From positions 640,001 to 704,000 of the forward strand of contig CBDDFZ010000002.1 in NCBI GenBank assembly GCA_965227515.1: 64,000 bases of DNA, given 5' to 3'. The translations under genes were made by a program, and so were the position numbers. This DNA comes from Alphaproteobacteria bacterium. Its GTDB lineage: Bacteria; Pseudomonadota; Alphaproteobacteria; CALKHQ01. Positions 27,397 through 36,950 of the stretch are shown here, piece after piece; the first letter of the stretch is position 1; each line of letters opens with the position of its first letter. The notes under the pieces were generated by a model that searched no databases, was not told where the DNA came from, and saw only the letters and a list, made by a program, of their open reading frames with translations.

Positions 27397-28869
27397 CTAG
27401 AACGGCGCGATCTCGGAGATCGTGAACGTGGCCGGCGGGAAGTCGCCTTCCACCGGTTCGAAGGTGCCGAGCCAGACGTGATAGGTGCCGGACTCCGGCC
27501 GCGCAAACTCGACCGCCGCATTGAAGTTGACGTCCGGGTTCCAGTCGTCGTTGCAGTACACCTCGCCGCTCGGCGACAGCACCACGATGGTGGTGTCAGC
27601 CGGGCTGGCCACCGAGAAATAGAGCGGCCACTGCCCGGCCTGGAAATTGACCGTGAAGTCCGGGACCATGTCGATGAAGCCGAAGCAGTCCGCGCGCACG
27701 AACTCGGCCAGCTCGCCACCGCCCGCGACAGCTTCCCACTGCATCGGGTCGGGCTGGAAGTCGGTCAGCAGATCGACGACCTCGAAGTTCGGCGGGCCGA
27801 TGTTCACGCGGTGGTCGTTGTCGTTGTAGCGCACCTGATTGTTGGTGATGGCATCGATCCAGTCCGTGTAGGCGGACACCCGCGTATAGACGCCATAGTT
27901 GATGCCGCACGCGCCAGAGTCGTCGTTCGTGCCCCAGCTGACCACGCCGACCTGGGTGTAGATGCCGTTGTCGTCGCGGATCTGCAGCGGGCCGCCGCTG
28001 TCGCCATTGCACGAGTCGCGGTGGGTCGCTGGGTCGCCGGCGCACACCACGGTGTTGGGGAAGCTCGCCGCGCCATGGTCGCGGGCGCATTCGGCGTTCG
28101 ACACCACCGGAACCGCCGCCGCCAGCAACTGGGTCGGCAGATAGATCGGGTTCTGCTGCTGGGTGCCGGTGAACGTGGAGGCGCCCGTGCTGCCGGGGTG
28201 GTTGGGGGCCCCGTTGGCTGCCGATCCGATGACCCGGCCGAACAGACCCGGTTGGCGGCGGTCAGCTCGGCCCCAGCCGGTGACCACCGCACGGTCCGCG
28301 TTCTCGAGCAGCAACGGTTCGCTCTGCGGCGTGGCGAGCTGCACCGTCGGCGCATCGATTGGCTGGGCCAGCTCCAGGATGGCGATATCGTCGACGCCCA
28401 ATTCGTGGCTCAGATAGCCCTCGTGCACGAAGATGCGGTTGATCGCCGTCGTCCGGCCGTCGCCGTTCAGGTCGGCCGAGCCGTAGTAGACCACCATGTT
28501 CTCAGGCTCGATGCGCATGCCGGCGAGCACCACGCAGTGGGCCGCGGTCAGCACATAGCGGTCGGCGATCAGGCTGCCGCCGCAGATCAGGCCGTTGGAG
28601 GGTGGGGAGCCTGCGCGCACCAGCCCGACCTGCCACGGGTAGTCCGCGATCCGCACGGGCGAGCCGCCGAACACCCGCTCCGGCGCATCCTCGGCCAGTT
28701 CGCCGCCATCGAGGTCGGCATTGTCGGCCGGTGCGTCCTGGGCCAACGCGGCACCGCTCAACGCGAGTGTCGCCGCGACGCCGGCCCATATCAGGCGCCG
28801 CAAAAGCGGGGTGCCGGTCTGCCCGGCCGCGTCGCCTGCCGTGTGTTCGCTATAAGGTGCAAGCGCCAT
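27397..28869 (-). CDS. Secreted trypsin-like serine protease (S1) with C-terminal PPC-like beta domain
   Basis: Signal peptide, acidic pro-segment ending PER|VFGG, and motifs LTAAHC, DDIAILEL and DSCNGDSGGPL; C-terminal DTTIVVLSPSGEVYCNDD...SGTYHVWLG. Confidence 0.92.
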   Translation of the reverse strand: MALAPYSEHTAGDAAGQTGTPLLRRLIWAGVAATLALSGAALAQDAPADNADLDGGELAEDAPERVFGGSPVRIADYPWQVGLVRAGSPPSNGLICGGSLIADRYVLTAAHCVVLAGMRIEPENMVVYYGSADLNGDGRTTAINRIFVHEGYLSHELGVDDIAILELAQPIDAPTVQLATPQSEPLLLENADRAVVTGWGRADRRQPGLFGRVIGSAANGAPNHPGSTGASTFTGTQQQNPIYLPTQLLAAAVPVVSNAECARDHGAASFPNTVVCAGDPATHRDSCNGDSGGPLQIRDDNGIYTQVGVVSWGTNDDSGACGINYGVYTRVSAYTDWIDAITNNQVRYNDNDHRVNIGPPNFEVVDLLTDFQPDPMQWEAVAGGGELAEFVRADCFGFIDMVPDFTVNFQAGQWPLYFSVASPADTTIVVLSPSGEVYCNDDWNPDVNFNAAVEFARPESGTYHVWLGTFEPVEGDFPPATFTISEIAPF

Positions 28870-29860
28870 GACTTTCTTCCCTTCCATCCAATCGCTTTTC
28901 CAGGTCGGCAATAAGGTCGTCGAGCACCATGGCAGAGGCGCCCGAAGGGTAGAGTTGCCGCATGTCGCACAGCGCCGTCAGCCGCTCGACCGGGTCCGAT
29001 GTGCTGAGCGCCGACAACAGGGTGTAGGCCTCAAGCTGCCACACCGGGTCCTGCGGGAACATCTGGTCAACGACGCTCGGCGGCATCAGGTAGACGTCGG
29101 TCTCCAGAGAGGAGTTCGACCACGGCACCTGCTCGCCGTTGGTTTCCAGACGCACCATGCGGCGCACGTCGCGCACGATGTCTTCCATCCGCCGTACCGG
29201 CTGTTCCAGCGCCTGCAGAAATGCCGCTGTGAACGGGCTGTTGCGCCCGCGCCCGTCGGACGCCGTGCTGCCGCTGGCCGCGGCGAACATGATCAGGCTG
29301 AACGACGTATCGGGCACGTCCATTTGCGCCAGGCCGTAGTGTGGCAGCGACTTGCCGTCCGCCAGGGCCGAAGGCAGCGCGTTGTTGCGGCACGCATCCA
29401 GGATGATGATGCTGGTCACGTTGCTGCGGCTGGTCATCTGGCGCACCAGCGCGGAGGCCGAATAGGCCATGTCGGGCAATTCCTCGGCGAAGTTCAGCGC
29501 CTTGTCGTCGACCGGAATCAGGTAGTTCTCGCCCTGGTATTGGGCGCCGTGGCCGGCAAAGAAGATGACCGCCAGATCGCCGTCCTGCAGCTTGGCCTCG
29601 AACTCGTTGAACAGGGTGGTCATCTGGGCGCGGGTGACGTCCAGCTGGGCGCCGCCGCCGTGGATGTCGAAGCCCAGGTCGGCTAGCCGCGCCGCGATGT
29701 CGGTCGCGTCGTTACCCGGGTTCACCAGGTCGTCCGCCTGCATGAAGTTCGAATTGCCGATGACAAGGGCTACGCGTTCCGCCTGGGCGACGCTGCAAAA
29801 CCCGATCAGCATTCCAATGGCAAGCGCTGCCAGCCGGATCATCTCAACTGACGTTCTCAT
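28850..29860 (-). CDS. Secreted caspase-family (C14) cysteine protease
   Basis: Signal peptide ...SVAQA|ERVALVIGNS; catalytic FFAGHG and ILDACRNN; GRNSPFT and QVPW; overlaps the trypsin gene start. Confidence 0.9.
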   Translation of the reverse strand: MRTSVEMIRLAALAIGMLIGFCSVAQAERVALVIGNSNFMQADDLVNPGNDATDIAARLADLGFDIHGGGAQLDVTRAQMTTLFNEFEAKLQDGDLAVIFFAGHGAQYQGENYLIPVDDKALNFAEELPDMAYSASALVRQMTSRSNVTSIIILDACRNNALPSALADGKSLPHYGLAQMDVPDTSFSLIMFAAASGSTASDGRGRNSPFTAAFLQALEQPVRRMEDIVRDVRRMVRLETNGEQVPWSNSSLETDVYLMPPSVVDQMFPQDPVWQLEAYTLLSALSTSDPVERLTALCDMRQLYPSGASAMVLDDLIADLEKRLDGREESHGACTL

Positions 29861-30143
29861 AGTCCCGGTCCAAGGATCGCCTAAGGTTCAGGATCGATTG
29901 AGTTACCGGGGGGCGCCGCCCATCGATATTGCATGATTGGCGGTGGTGCGTCAAAGCCCCCCCAATTGGTCCCCACTGGCGCACCGATACCCCATATGGC
30001 GGGCGATTGTGGCATGCGTGTGGGCAATCGGCGGCGGTTGCGGGGTGTTGTCGCGGGGTGTCTCGGTCGCTTCCGCCGTATGGCGCGACGCGCGACGATG
30101 TGCGATTCTGGGTGCCGGTATTCCACACCTGGAGGCAGCCAGA

Positions 30144-31262
30144 ATGATCGTCGGAACGGTGAAGGAGATCAAGAACCACGAGTATCGGGTGGGCCTGACA
30201 CCGGAAAGCGTCGCCGAACTTGTTGCGCATGACCATCAGGTGCTGGTGGAGGCCGGGGCCGGCGGCGGCATCGGCGCGGGCGACGACGCCTATCGCGCTG
30301 CGGGCGGTGAGGTGGTCGATAGCGCCGCCACGGTGTTCGAGCGTGCCGAACTGGTGGTCAAGGTGAAAGAGCCGCAGCCGGGCGAACGCGCCATGTTGCG
30401 GCGCGGGCAGGTGCTGTTCACCTATCTGCACTTGGCGCCGGACCCGGAGCAGACCAAGGACCTGGTCGCGTCCGGTGCCGTGTGCATCGCCTACGAGACT
30501 GTCACCGACCGGTCGGGCGGCCTGCCGTTGCTGAAGCCGATGAGCCAGGTCGCCGGCCGCATGTCGGTGCAGGCCGGCGCCACCGCGCTGGAGAAGGCCC
30601 ATGGCGGGCGCGGCATCCTGCTTGGCGGCGTGCCGGGCGTGGCACCGGCCAAGGTGGTGGTCATCGGCGGCGGCGTGGTCGGCTTCAACGCGGCCCAGAT
30701 GGCGGTCGGCCTGGGCGCCAATGTCGACATTCTGGACCGCGACCCGGAGGTGCTGGAGCGCCTCGGCATCTATTTCGAGGCGCGCGCCAACACCCGGTTC
30801 TCCAACCGCTCCAACCTGTCGGAGTGCGTTGCCGCCGCCGACCTGGTGATCGGCGCGGTGCTGGTGGCCGGTGCCGCGGCGCCGAAGCTGGTCAGCCGCG
30901 CCATGCTTTCGACCATGAAGCCGGGCTCGGTGCTGGTCGACGTCGCCATCGACCAGGGCGGCTGTTTCGAGACGTCGCATCCGACCACCCATGCCGAGCC
31001 GACCTTCGTGGTCGATGGCGTGGTGCACTATTGCGTCGCCAACATGCCGGGCGGGGTCGCGCGCACCTCAACCTATGCGCTCAACAACGTGACGCTGCCC
31101 CATGCGCTGGCCATTGCCGACAAGGGCTGGACAGCGGCGCTGCGCGACAACACGCACCTGCTGAACGGCCTCAACGTCTGGGACGGCCACGTGACCTGTG
31201 CGCCGGTGGCGCGCGAACTGGGCTACGAGCACGTGCCGGCGACCCAGGCGGTGGCGGCCTGA
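30144..31262 (+). CDS. ald: Alanine dehydrogenase
   Basis: [41 protein letters not shown] and HYCVANMPG; GGAGG RBS. Confidence 0.96.
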   Translation: MIVGTVKEIKNHEYRVGLTPESVAELVAHDHQVLVEAGAGGGIGAGDDAYRAAGGEVVDSAATVFERAELVVKVKEPQPGERAMLRRGQVLFTYLHLAPDPEQTKDLVASGAVCIAYETVTDRSGGLPLLKPMSQVAGRMSVQAGATALEKAHGGRGILLGGVPGVAPAKVVVIGGGVVGFNAAQMAVGLGANVDILDRDPEVLERLGIYFEARANTRFSNRSNLSECVAAADLVIGAVLVAGAAAPKLVSRAMLSTMKPGSVLVDVAIDQGGCFETSHPTTHAEPTFVVDGVVHYCVANMPGGVARTSTYALNNVTLPHALAIADKGWTAALRDNTHLLNGLNVWDGHVTCAPVARELGYEHVPATQAVAA

Positions 31263-31274
31263 CGGAGCCGGACT

Positions 31275-32255
31275 TTGAGCGCCGCCGCCGACCGAAGGCT
31301 GTCGCCCGTCTGTGCGTTCGATATCGCCGCCGACGGCAGTGCCCGTGCGGTCGACGACCCATGGCCCAGCGCCGAGCCGGGGGAGGGCGCGAGCTACAGA
31401 TGGGTCCATTGCGACCTGGCCGACCCGGCCTTCGACGGCTGGGCCCGCGACAGCTTGCCTGCCATTGCCGCCATGGCGCTGATCCAGGACGAGACCCGGC
31501 CGCGCTGCGACCGCCACATGGATGGCATTCTGCTCAACCTGCGTGGGGTCAATCTCAACCCCGGCGCGGAGGCCGACGACATGGTGTCGTTGCGCGCCTG
31601 GGTGACGCCGACCCTGGTGGTCAGTGCGCGCAAGCGCCGGGTCTACGCCATCGACGCCATCCGCGTTCGTGCGCTGGAGGATGACGCGCCGCCGGGGGTC
31701 GGTGCTTTCCTGGCCGACCTGACCAAGGGGCTGGTCGACCGCATCGAGACGGTGTCGCTGGCGCTCGAGGACGAGACCGACGACCTGGAGGACCGCATGT
31801 ACGAGGCGCCGCGCGAGATCAGCGCCGCGGTCACGCCGTTGCGCCACTCCATCATCAAGCTCCGGCGCTTCGTCGGGCCGCAGCGCGAGGCGATGCTGCG
31901 GCTCGCCGTCCTGGACCCGCCGCTGGCGGCCGAGACCGATCGCACGCTGCTGCATGAAATCGGCAACCGTGCCACTCGCATCGTCGAGGAGCTGGACGCC
32001 AACCGCGACCGGCTGACGGCCATGCGCGACCACATCGAGGCACAGCACGCGGCCTCGATGAGCCGCAACAACTACGTGCTGTCCGTGGTGGCGGCGATCT
32101 TCCTGCCGCTGGGGTTCCTGACCGGGCTGTTCGGGGTGAATGTCGGCGGCATGCCGGGTGTCGACTGGGCCTGGGCGTTCGCCCTGCTGACGGTCGCGAT
32201 GGTCTTGATCGGCGTCGGGCTGTTCGTGGTGTTCCGACTGGCGAAATGGTTGTGA
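31275..32255 (+). CDS. zntB: CorA/ZntB family metal transporter
   Basis: Motifs [16 protein letters not shown] and [20 protein letters not shown] (GVN variant typical of ZntB). Confidence 0.88.
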   Translation: MSAAADRRLSPVCAFDIAADGSARAVDDPWPSAEPGEGASYRWVHCDLADPAFDGWARDSLPAIAAMALIQDETRPRCDRHMDGILLNLRGVNLNPGAEADDMVSLRAWVTPTLVVSARKRRVYAIDAIRVRALEDDAPPGVGAFLADLTKGLVDRIETVSLALEDETDDLEDRMYEAPREISAAVTPLRHSIIKLRRFVGPQREAMLRLAVLDPPLAAETDRTLLHEIGNRATRIVEELDANRDRLTAMRDHIEAQHAASMSRNNYVLSVVAAIFLPLGFLTGLFGVNVGGMPGVDWAWAFALLTVAMVLIGVGLFVVFRLAKWL

Positions 32256-32716
32256 TGAGCGCGATGAAGACACCGAATCCCGACTACGCCGAACGGCTGC
32301 GCGCCAGCTTCGCGCGGCAGGGCTTGATGACCACCCTGGGCGCTGAGCTGGGCGAAATCGGGCCGGGGGCGTGCGACGTCGTGCTGCCGTACAGCGAGCG
32401 GGTCACCCAGCAGCACGGCTTCTTCCACGGCGGGGCCATCGGCGCCATCGCCGATGTCGCCTGCGGCTACGCCGGCTTCACCCTGGTCGATGTCGGCTCG
32501 ACCATGCTGACGGTGGAGTACAAGCTGAACCTGGTGGCACCGGGGCGCGGCGAGCGCCTGATCGCTCGCGGGCGAGTGCTCCGCCCCGGGCGGTCGCTGT
32601 GCGTCGTGGAGGGGAGGGTGTACGGCGTCATCGACGGCGCGGAGAAGCTGTGCGCCGTCTCGCTGCAGACGATGATGCGAATCGACCAGCCGGCCGACGG
32701 CTCGATGCCGGATTGA
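32255..32716 (+). CDS. PaaI family thioesterase
   Basis: QQHGFFHGGAIGAIADVACG and LTVEYKLNL hotdog-fold motifs. Confidence 0.9.
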   Translation: MSAMKTPNPDYAERLRASFARQGLMTTLGAELGEIGPGACDVVLPYSERVTQQHGFFHGGAIGAIADVACGYAGFTLVDVGSTMLTVEYKLNLVAPGRGERLIARGRVLRPGRSLCVVEGRVYGVIDGAEKLCAVSLQTMMRIDQPADGSMPD

Positions 32717-32748
32717 TCCGAGCAGGCACCGGCGGCACGGATAACGCT

Positions 32749-33798
32749 ATGCCCACTGCCATAGGCCACGAGGCACTGCGGACTTTCGCCTGTTCGTACT
32801 ACCAGGCATGCGGCCTGACTTTGCCCGATGCGGCCCTGGTCGCGGATACCCTTGTGCAGGCCGACTTGTGGGGGCACTCCTCCCATGGAGTCTTGCGCCT
32901 GGGATGGTACGGCGCGCGCCTGCGCAGCGGTGCGACCCGCGCCACGGCCAACCCGAATGCCGTCATGCAGGCCGGCGCGCTCTGCGTTCTCGACGGAGAA
33001 AATGCCATGGGGCAGGTAGTCGCCGACCGCGCGATGGCGATGGCCATCGACGCGGCGAAGGCGCATGGCGTCGGGGCGGTCTCCGTGCGCAACTCCGGTC
33101 ATTTCGGCACAGCCATGTATTTCACGCGGCAGGCGGCGCGCGCCGGTTGCATTGGCTTCATGTCGACCAACGCCAGTCCGGCGATGGCACCATGGGGCGG
33201 TCGCACGGCGGAGGTCGGCACCAACCCGTGGTCGATTGCGGCACCGGCTGGCAGCCATCCGCCGATGATGCTGGACATAGCCAATACGGCCGTTGCGCGC
33301 GGCAAGCTACACGCGGCCAAGGATCGAGGCGACGCGATCCCCGGGGATTGGGCGCTCGATGCCGAAGGCCAGGCGACGGTCGACGCCGCCGCCGGCATAG
33401 CCGGCAGCCTGTTGCCGATGGGCGGCCACAAGGGATACGCGATTGCCGTGATGATGGACGTCATCTCCGGCGTCTTGTCGGGCAGCGCGTTCGGAGGTGC
33501 CGTGACCGGACCCTACAATCCGGAGGGCACCAGCGGGGCGGGCCATCTGGCGCTGGCGATCGATGTGGCGGGCTGCCGGCCCTTGGCCGCGTTCGAGGCC
33601 GACATGGACCGCTTGATTGCGCAACTCAAGGCGGCACCCAAGGCCCGCGACTGCGATGAGATATTCTATCCCGGTGAGCGCGAGGCGCGTGCCGACGCGC
33701 GCCACCGGGCCAACGGCCTGACGATCAGTGACGCTACGTGGCGCACGTTGGAGGAGGAAGCGGCCGTCGCGGGTATCGCGCCGCCCGACCCGGTCTGA
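32749..33798 (+). CDS. Ldh_2 family oxidoreductase (AllD/ComC/YbiC-like)
   Basis: Motifs GHSSHGVLRL, NSGHFG, GTNPWS, LDIA and GGHKGYAIA. Confidence 0.9.
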   Translation: MPTAIGHEALRTFACSYYQACGLTLPDAALVADTLVQADLWGHSSHGVLRLGWYGARLRSGATRATANPNAVMQAGALCVLDGENAMGQVVADRAMAMAIDAAKAHGVGAVSVRNSGHFGTAMYFTRQAARAGCIGFMSTNASPAMAPWGGRTAEVGTNPWSIAAPAGSHPPMMLDIANTAVARGKLHAAKDRGDAIPGDWALDAEGQATVDAAAGIAGSLLPMGGHKGYAIAVMMDVISGVLSGSAFGGAVTGPYNPEGTSGAGHLALAIDVAGCRPLAAFEADMDRLIAQLKAAPKARDCDEIFYPGEREARADARHRANGLTISDATWRTLEEEAAVAGIAPPDPV

Positions 33799-33813
33799 CG
33801 GACCAGGTCGTCG

Positions 33814-34278
33814 CTACTCGCAGGCGTTGCCGGGCATCAGCACGCCGCTCGACTGCACCGTGCCGACGGTGGTGAACAGCGTCATGTCGTTGCCGTCCAT
33901 GGCGACCGGGCCGCAGGTCTGCTCGCCCGACTCATGGATCACGCACAGCTCGTCTGACTCGGCCATCCAGCCCAGGCGATAGATGCCGTCGTCATGGCCG
34001 TCATAACCGACCATCACGCCGTCGTCGCCGAAGTACTCGCAGACCTGCATGCCATCGGCCAGCGTGCCGACCATCGACATGCCGCCGATGATCTGGCCCA
34101 GCGCAATCGAAGGTGCGCCGCCGCCGCTCGCCGGATTGAGCGCGGCCTCGGGAAAGTTGACGCCGCGTGTGCTGCCGCTGCTGCCAGCCGTGCCGCTGCG
34201 CCCGGTGCTCTGACAGGCCGCGGTGAAAAGAATGGCGCTTGCGGCAAGCGCAATGCCGAATGTGCGATGAAGGGCCAT
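33814..34278 (-). CDS. Hypothetical lipoprotein (paralog 2)
   Basis: GGAGG RBS; lipobox FTAAC; four Cys shared with the upstream paralog. Confidence 0.8.
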   Translation of the reverse strand: MALHRTFGIALAASAILFTAACQSTGRSGTAGSSGSTRGVNFPEAALNPASGGGAPSIALGQIIGGMSMVGTLADGMQVCEYFGDDGVMVGYDGHDDGIYRLGWMAESDELCVIHESGEQTCGPVAMDGNDMTLFTTVGTVQSSGVLMPGNACE

Positions 34279-34363
34279 AGCCGCCTCCCAAAAGATCACC
34301 CCCGGAGACGACTATGGCGCCGATATCTTTACCGCCGGTTAACCGATTCTTGCGGTTCCTTAA

Positions 34364-34414
34364 TCAGCAGGAATTGCCCCTCAACAAGAATTGCCCCTCA
34401 GCAAGAATTCCCGG
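34364..34414 (-). repeat. Three 17-bp tandem copies of the lipoprotein gene's 3' end
   Basis: TCAGCAGGAATTGCCCC TCAACAAGAATTGCCCC TCAGCAAGAATTCCCGG. Confidence 0.85.
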
Positions 34415-34787
34415 GGCGCATGGTGCCCTCGGCGTTCATGTCGCCCGTGGCGGCATCGAAATAGGCGACCCGGTTGCCGACGACAGTGACCCGCTTGCAC
34501 GAGCGGAACGAGCCGCCGCCCGCGATGCAGAGCTGCTCGTTCTCCACCGTCCAGTTGAACGTGGTGCCGCCCTCGTCATACCCGATGAGCTGGCCATTGG
34601 CGCTGTAGTACTCGCAGAATGGCGACCCGTCCGCCTGGGTGCCGCGCACGGAGTTGTTGGACAGCACCTGCTGCAGCGACGGCGTCGGCTGGGCGAATGT
34701 CGTCTGCACCGGGGCATCGCCGCAGCCGGCCAGGGTGCCGGTCGCGGCCAGCAGGGCCGCTCCGGCAACGGATTTGAGCACGTACAT
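34398..34787 (-). CDS. Hypothetical lipoprotein (paralog 1)
   Basis: Lipobox LAGC; GTQADGSPFCEYY...LCI...C...PGNSC, alignable to 33814-34278. Confidence 0.82.
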   Translation of the reverse strand: MYVLKSVAGAALLAATGTLAGCGDAPVQTTFAQPTPSLQQVLSNNSVRGTQADGSPFCEYYSANGQLIGYDEGGTTFNWTVENEQLCIAGGGSFRSCKRVTVVGNRVAYFDAATGDMNAEGTMRPGNSC

Positions 34788-34887
34788 CGGTGGGTCCCCT
34801 CATAGGTTCTTGTTTCGATGTCCTATACTGACAAGCTGCGGCCCTGCGGTCCATGGCGTTGCGCAACGTCGCGCCGCAGCGTCCCGC

Positions 34888-36021
34888 TCAGCCCGTCAGC
34901 ACGATGGTGCTGTCCGGTGCCCAGGTCAGGCCGATCTCGGCACCCGGCGCCAGACCCTCCGCCGCCATGGCGGACGCATTCGGCGCACTGACCGTGATCA
35001 GGCGCCCGCCGGGCAGTTCGACGTGGCTGACCACGCTGGTCCCCAGATAGGCGGCCTCGCGCACGATGGCGTGGCTGGCATTGGTCCCGTTGGTCGGGTC
35101 GAGGGTGCCGGCCGGGCCGATGTGAAAGCGTTCCGGGCGCACCGCCAGCCACACGGCGCTGCCGGGCGACGGCGCCGGTGCGCTGCCGTCGATGGCGGCC
35201 TGTACCGGCCGCTCCAGCTCGGGGCAGGCGACCGTGATGCGGCCTTCCTCCACCGCCTCCACCGTGCCCTCGAACTGGTTGATGGTGCCCACGAAGTCGG
35301 CGACGAAGCGACTGGCCGGGCGCTCGTAGATGTCGGCCGGCGCGCCGATCTGCGCGATCTGGCCGGCGTTCATCACCCCGATGCGCGAGGCGACGCCCAT
35401 CGCCTCCTCCTGGTCGTGTGTGACGATGACGAAGGTGATGCCGACTTCGGCCTGCAGGCGCTTCAGCTCGAACTGCATGTCGGCGCGCAGCTTGCGGTCC
35501 AGCGCCGACAGCGGCTCGTCCAGCAGCAGCACCTTCGGCCGCTTGACCAGCGCGCGGGCGAGCGCGACGCGCTGGCGCTGGCCGCCGGAAAGCTGGTCCG
35601 GCTTGCGGTTGTCGAAGCCCTCCAGCCGCACCATCGCCAGGGCGGCGGCGACCCGGTCGCGGATTTCGGCCGACGGTGTGCCGCTGACCCTGAGCCCATA
35701 GGCGACGTTCTGCCAGACCGTCATGTAGGGGAACACCGCGTAGGACTGGAACACCATGTTGACCGGCCGGCGGTTCGGCGGCACGCCGGTCATGTCCTGG
35801 CCGTCCAGCATCACCGACCCGGAATCCGGGGTCTCGAACCCGGCCAGCATGCGCAACAACGTGGTCTTGCCGCAGCCGGACGGTCCCAGCAGCGCGAAGA
35901 ACTCGTTGCGCTTGATCGTCAGCGACACGTCGTCGACCGCGGTCATCGCGCCGAACGCCTTGCGTGCCGCGCGGACCTCGATGATCGCCGATCCCGCCAC
36001 GGTGTCCATGTGACCGCTCAT
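34888..36021 (-). CDS. potA: Spermidine/putrescine ABC transporter ATP-binding protein
   Basis: GPSGCGKT, LSGGQRQR, LLLDEPL, VTHDQEEA and a C-terminal TOBE-like domain. Confidence 0.9.
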   Translation of the reverse strand: MSGHMDTVAGSAIIEVRAARKAFGAMTAVDDVSLTIKRNEFFALLGPSGCGKTTLLRMLAGFETPDSGSVMLDGQDMTGVPPNRRPVNMVFQSYAVFPYMTVWQNVAYGLRVSGTPSAEIRDRVAAALAMVRLEGFDNRKPDQLSGGQRQRVALARALVKRPKVLLLDEPLSALDRKLRADMQFELKRLQAEVGITFVIVTHDQEEAMGVASRIGVMNAGQIAQIGAPADIYERPASRFVADFVGTINQFEGTVEAVEEGRITVACPELERPVQAAIDGSAPAPSPGSAVWLAVRPERFHIGPAGTLDPTNGTNASHAIVREAAYLGTSVVSHVELPGGRLITVSAPNASAMAAEGLAPGAEIGLTWAPDSTIVLTG

Positions 36022-36950
36022 GACGGCGTCTCCTCTGCGGTGGCCTTCGCCGCATCCGTTTCGGCCCGCGTCACCGGCGATTGCATCCTGAGTGCGAGCA
36101 CGGTCAGCACCAGGGTGATGACGATCAGCACGGTGGAGGCGGCGTTGACCTCGGGCGTCACGCTGAAACGGACCATCGAGTAGATCTTGATCGGCAAGGT
36201 CGGCGTGTCGGGACCGGCGGTGAAGAAGGTGATCACGAAGTCGTCCAGCGACAGTGTGAAGGCCAGCAGGGCGCCGGCGATCAGCCCCACCTTCATGTGC
36301 GGCAGCACGATGGAGCGGAACGTCTGCCACTCGCTGGCCCCAAGGTCGCGCGACGCCTCCACCAGCGATTGGTCGAAGCTGGCCAGCCGGGCGCGCACCA
36401 CCACGGCGACGAACGGGAAGCAGAACGCGATGTGCGCGGCGGTGATGGCGGAAAGGTTGAGCGGCCAGGGCGCGTTCTGCGCGCAGTCCAACAGGCCGCC
36501 GCCGCCCCCGCTTTCACCCACCGGCGAGCACTCGAACCAGCCGATGCGGGTGAAGAACACCATCATCGCCACGCCCAGGCAGATCTCCGGGATCACGATG
36601 GGTAGCGCGTTCAGCCCTTCGAACACCGGCTTGAACGGGAAACGGAAGCGATGGAGCGCCAGCGCCACAAGCCCGCCGATAACGGTCGACACCACCGTCG
36701 CCACCAGCGCGATGGTCATGGAGTTGGCGAACGCCTCGATCAGGCTGTCGTTCTCGGCGGCGGCCTCGTAGTACTTCAGGGTGAAGCCGTTCCAGACGAT
36801 GTTGCGCCGGCTGTCGTTGAAGCTGAACGCCACCAGCGTGATGATCGGCAGGTACAGGAACACCAGCGTCACCAGCATGACCGCGCGGACCCAGCGCTTG
36901 CGCGCGAAGTCGAGCGGGCCGGGCGGCGGCTTCCTGCGGAACGGCTTCAT
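36018..36950 (-). CDS. potC: Spermidine/putrescine ABC transporter permease
   Basis: FLYLPI..SFN, EASRDLGA, FTLSLDDF and TPEVNAAS. Confidence 0.88.
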   Translation of the reverse strand: MKPFRRKPPPGPLDFARKRWVRAVMLVTLVFLYLPIITLVAFSFNDSRRNIVWNGFTLKYYEAAAENDSLIEAFANSMTIALVATVVSTVIGGLVALALHRFRFPFKPVFEGLNALPIVIPEICLGVAMMVFFTRIGWFECSPVGESGGGGGLLDCAQNAPWPLNLSAITAAHIAFCFPFVAVVVRARLASFDQSLVEASRDLGASEWQTFRSIVLPHMKVGLIAGALLAFTLSLDDFVITFFTAGPDTPTLPIKIYSMVRFSVTPEVNAASTVLIVITLVLTVLALRMQSPVTRAETDAAKATAEETPS

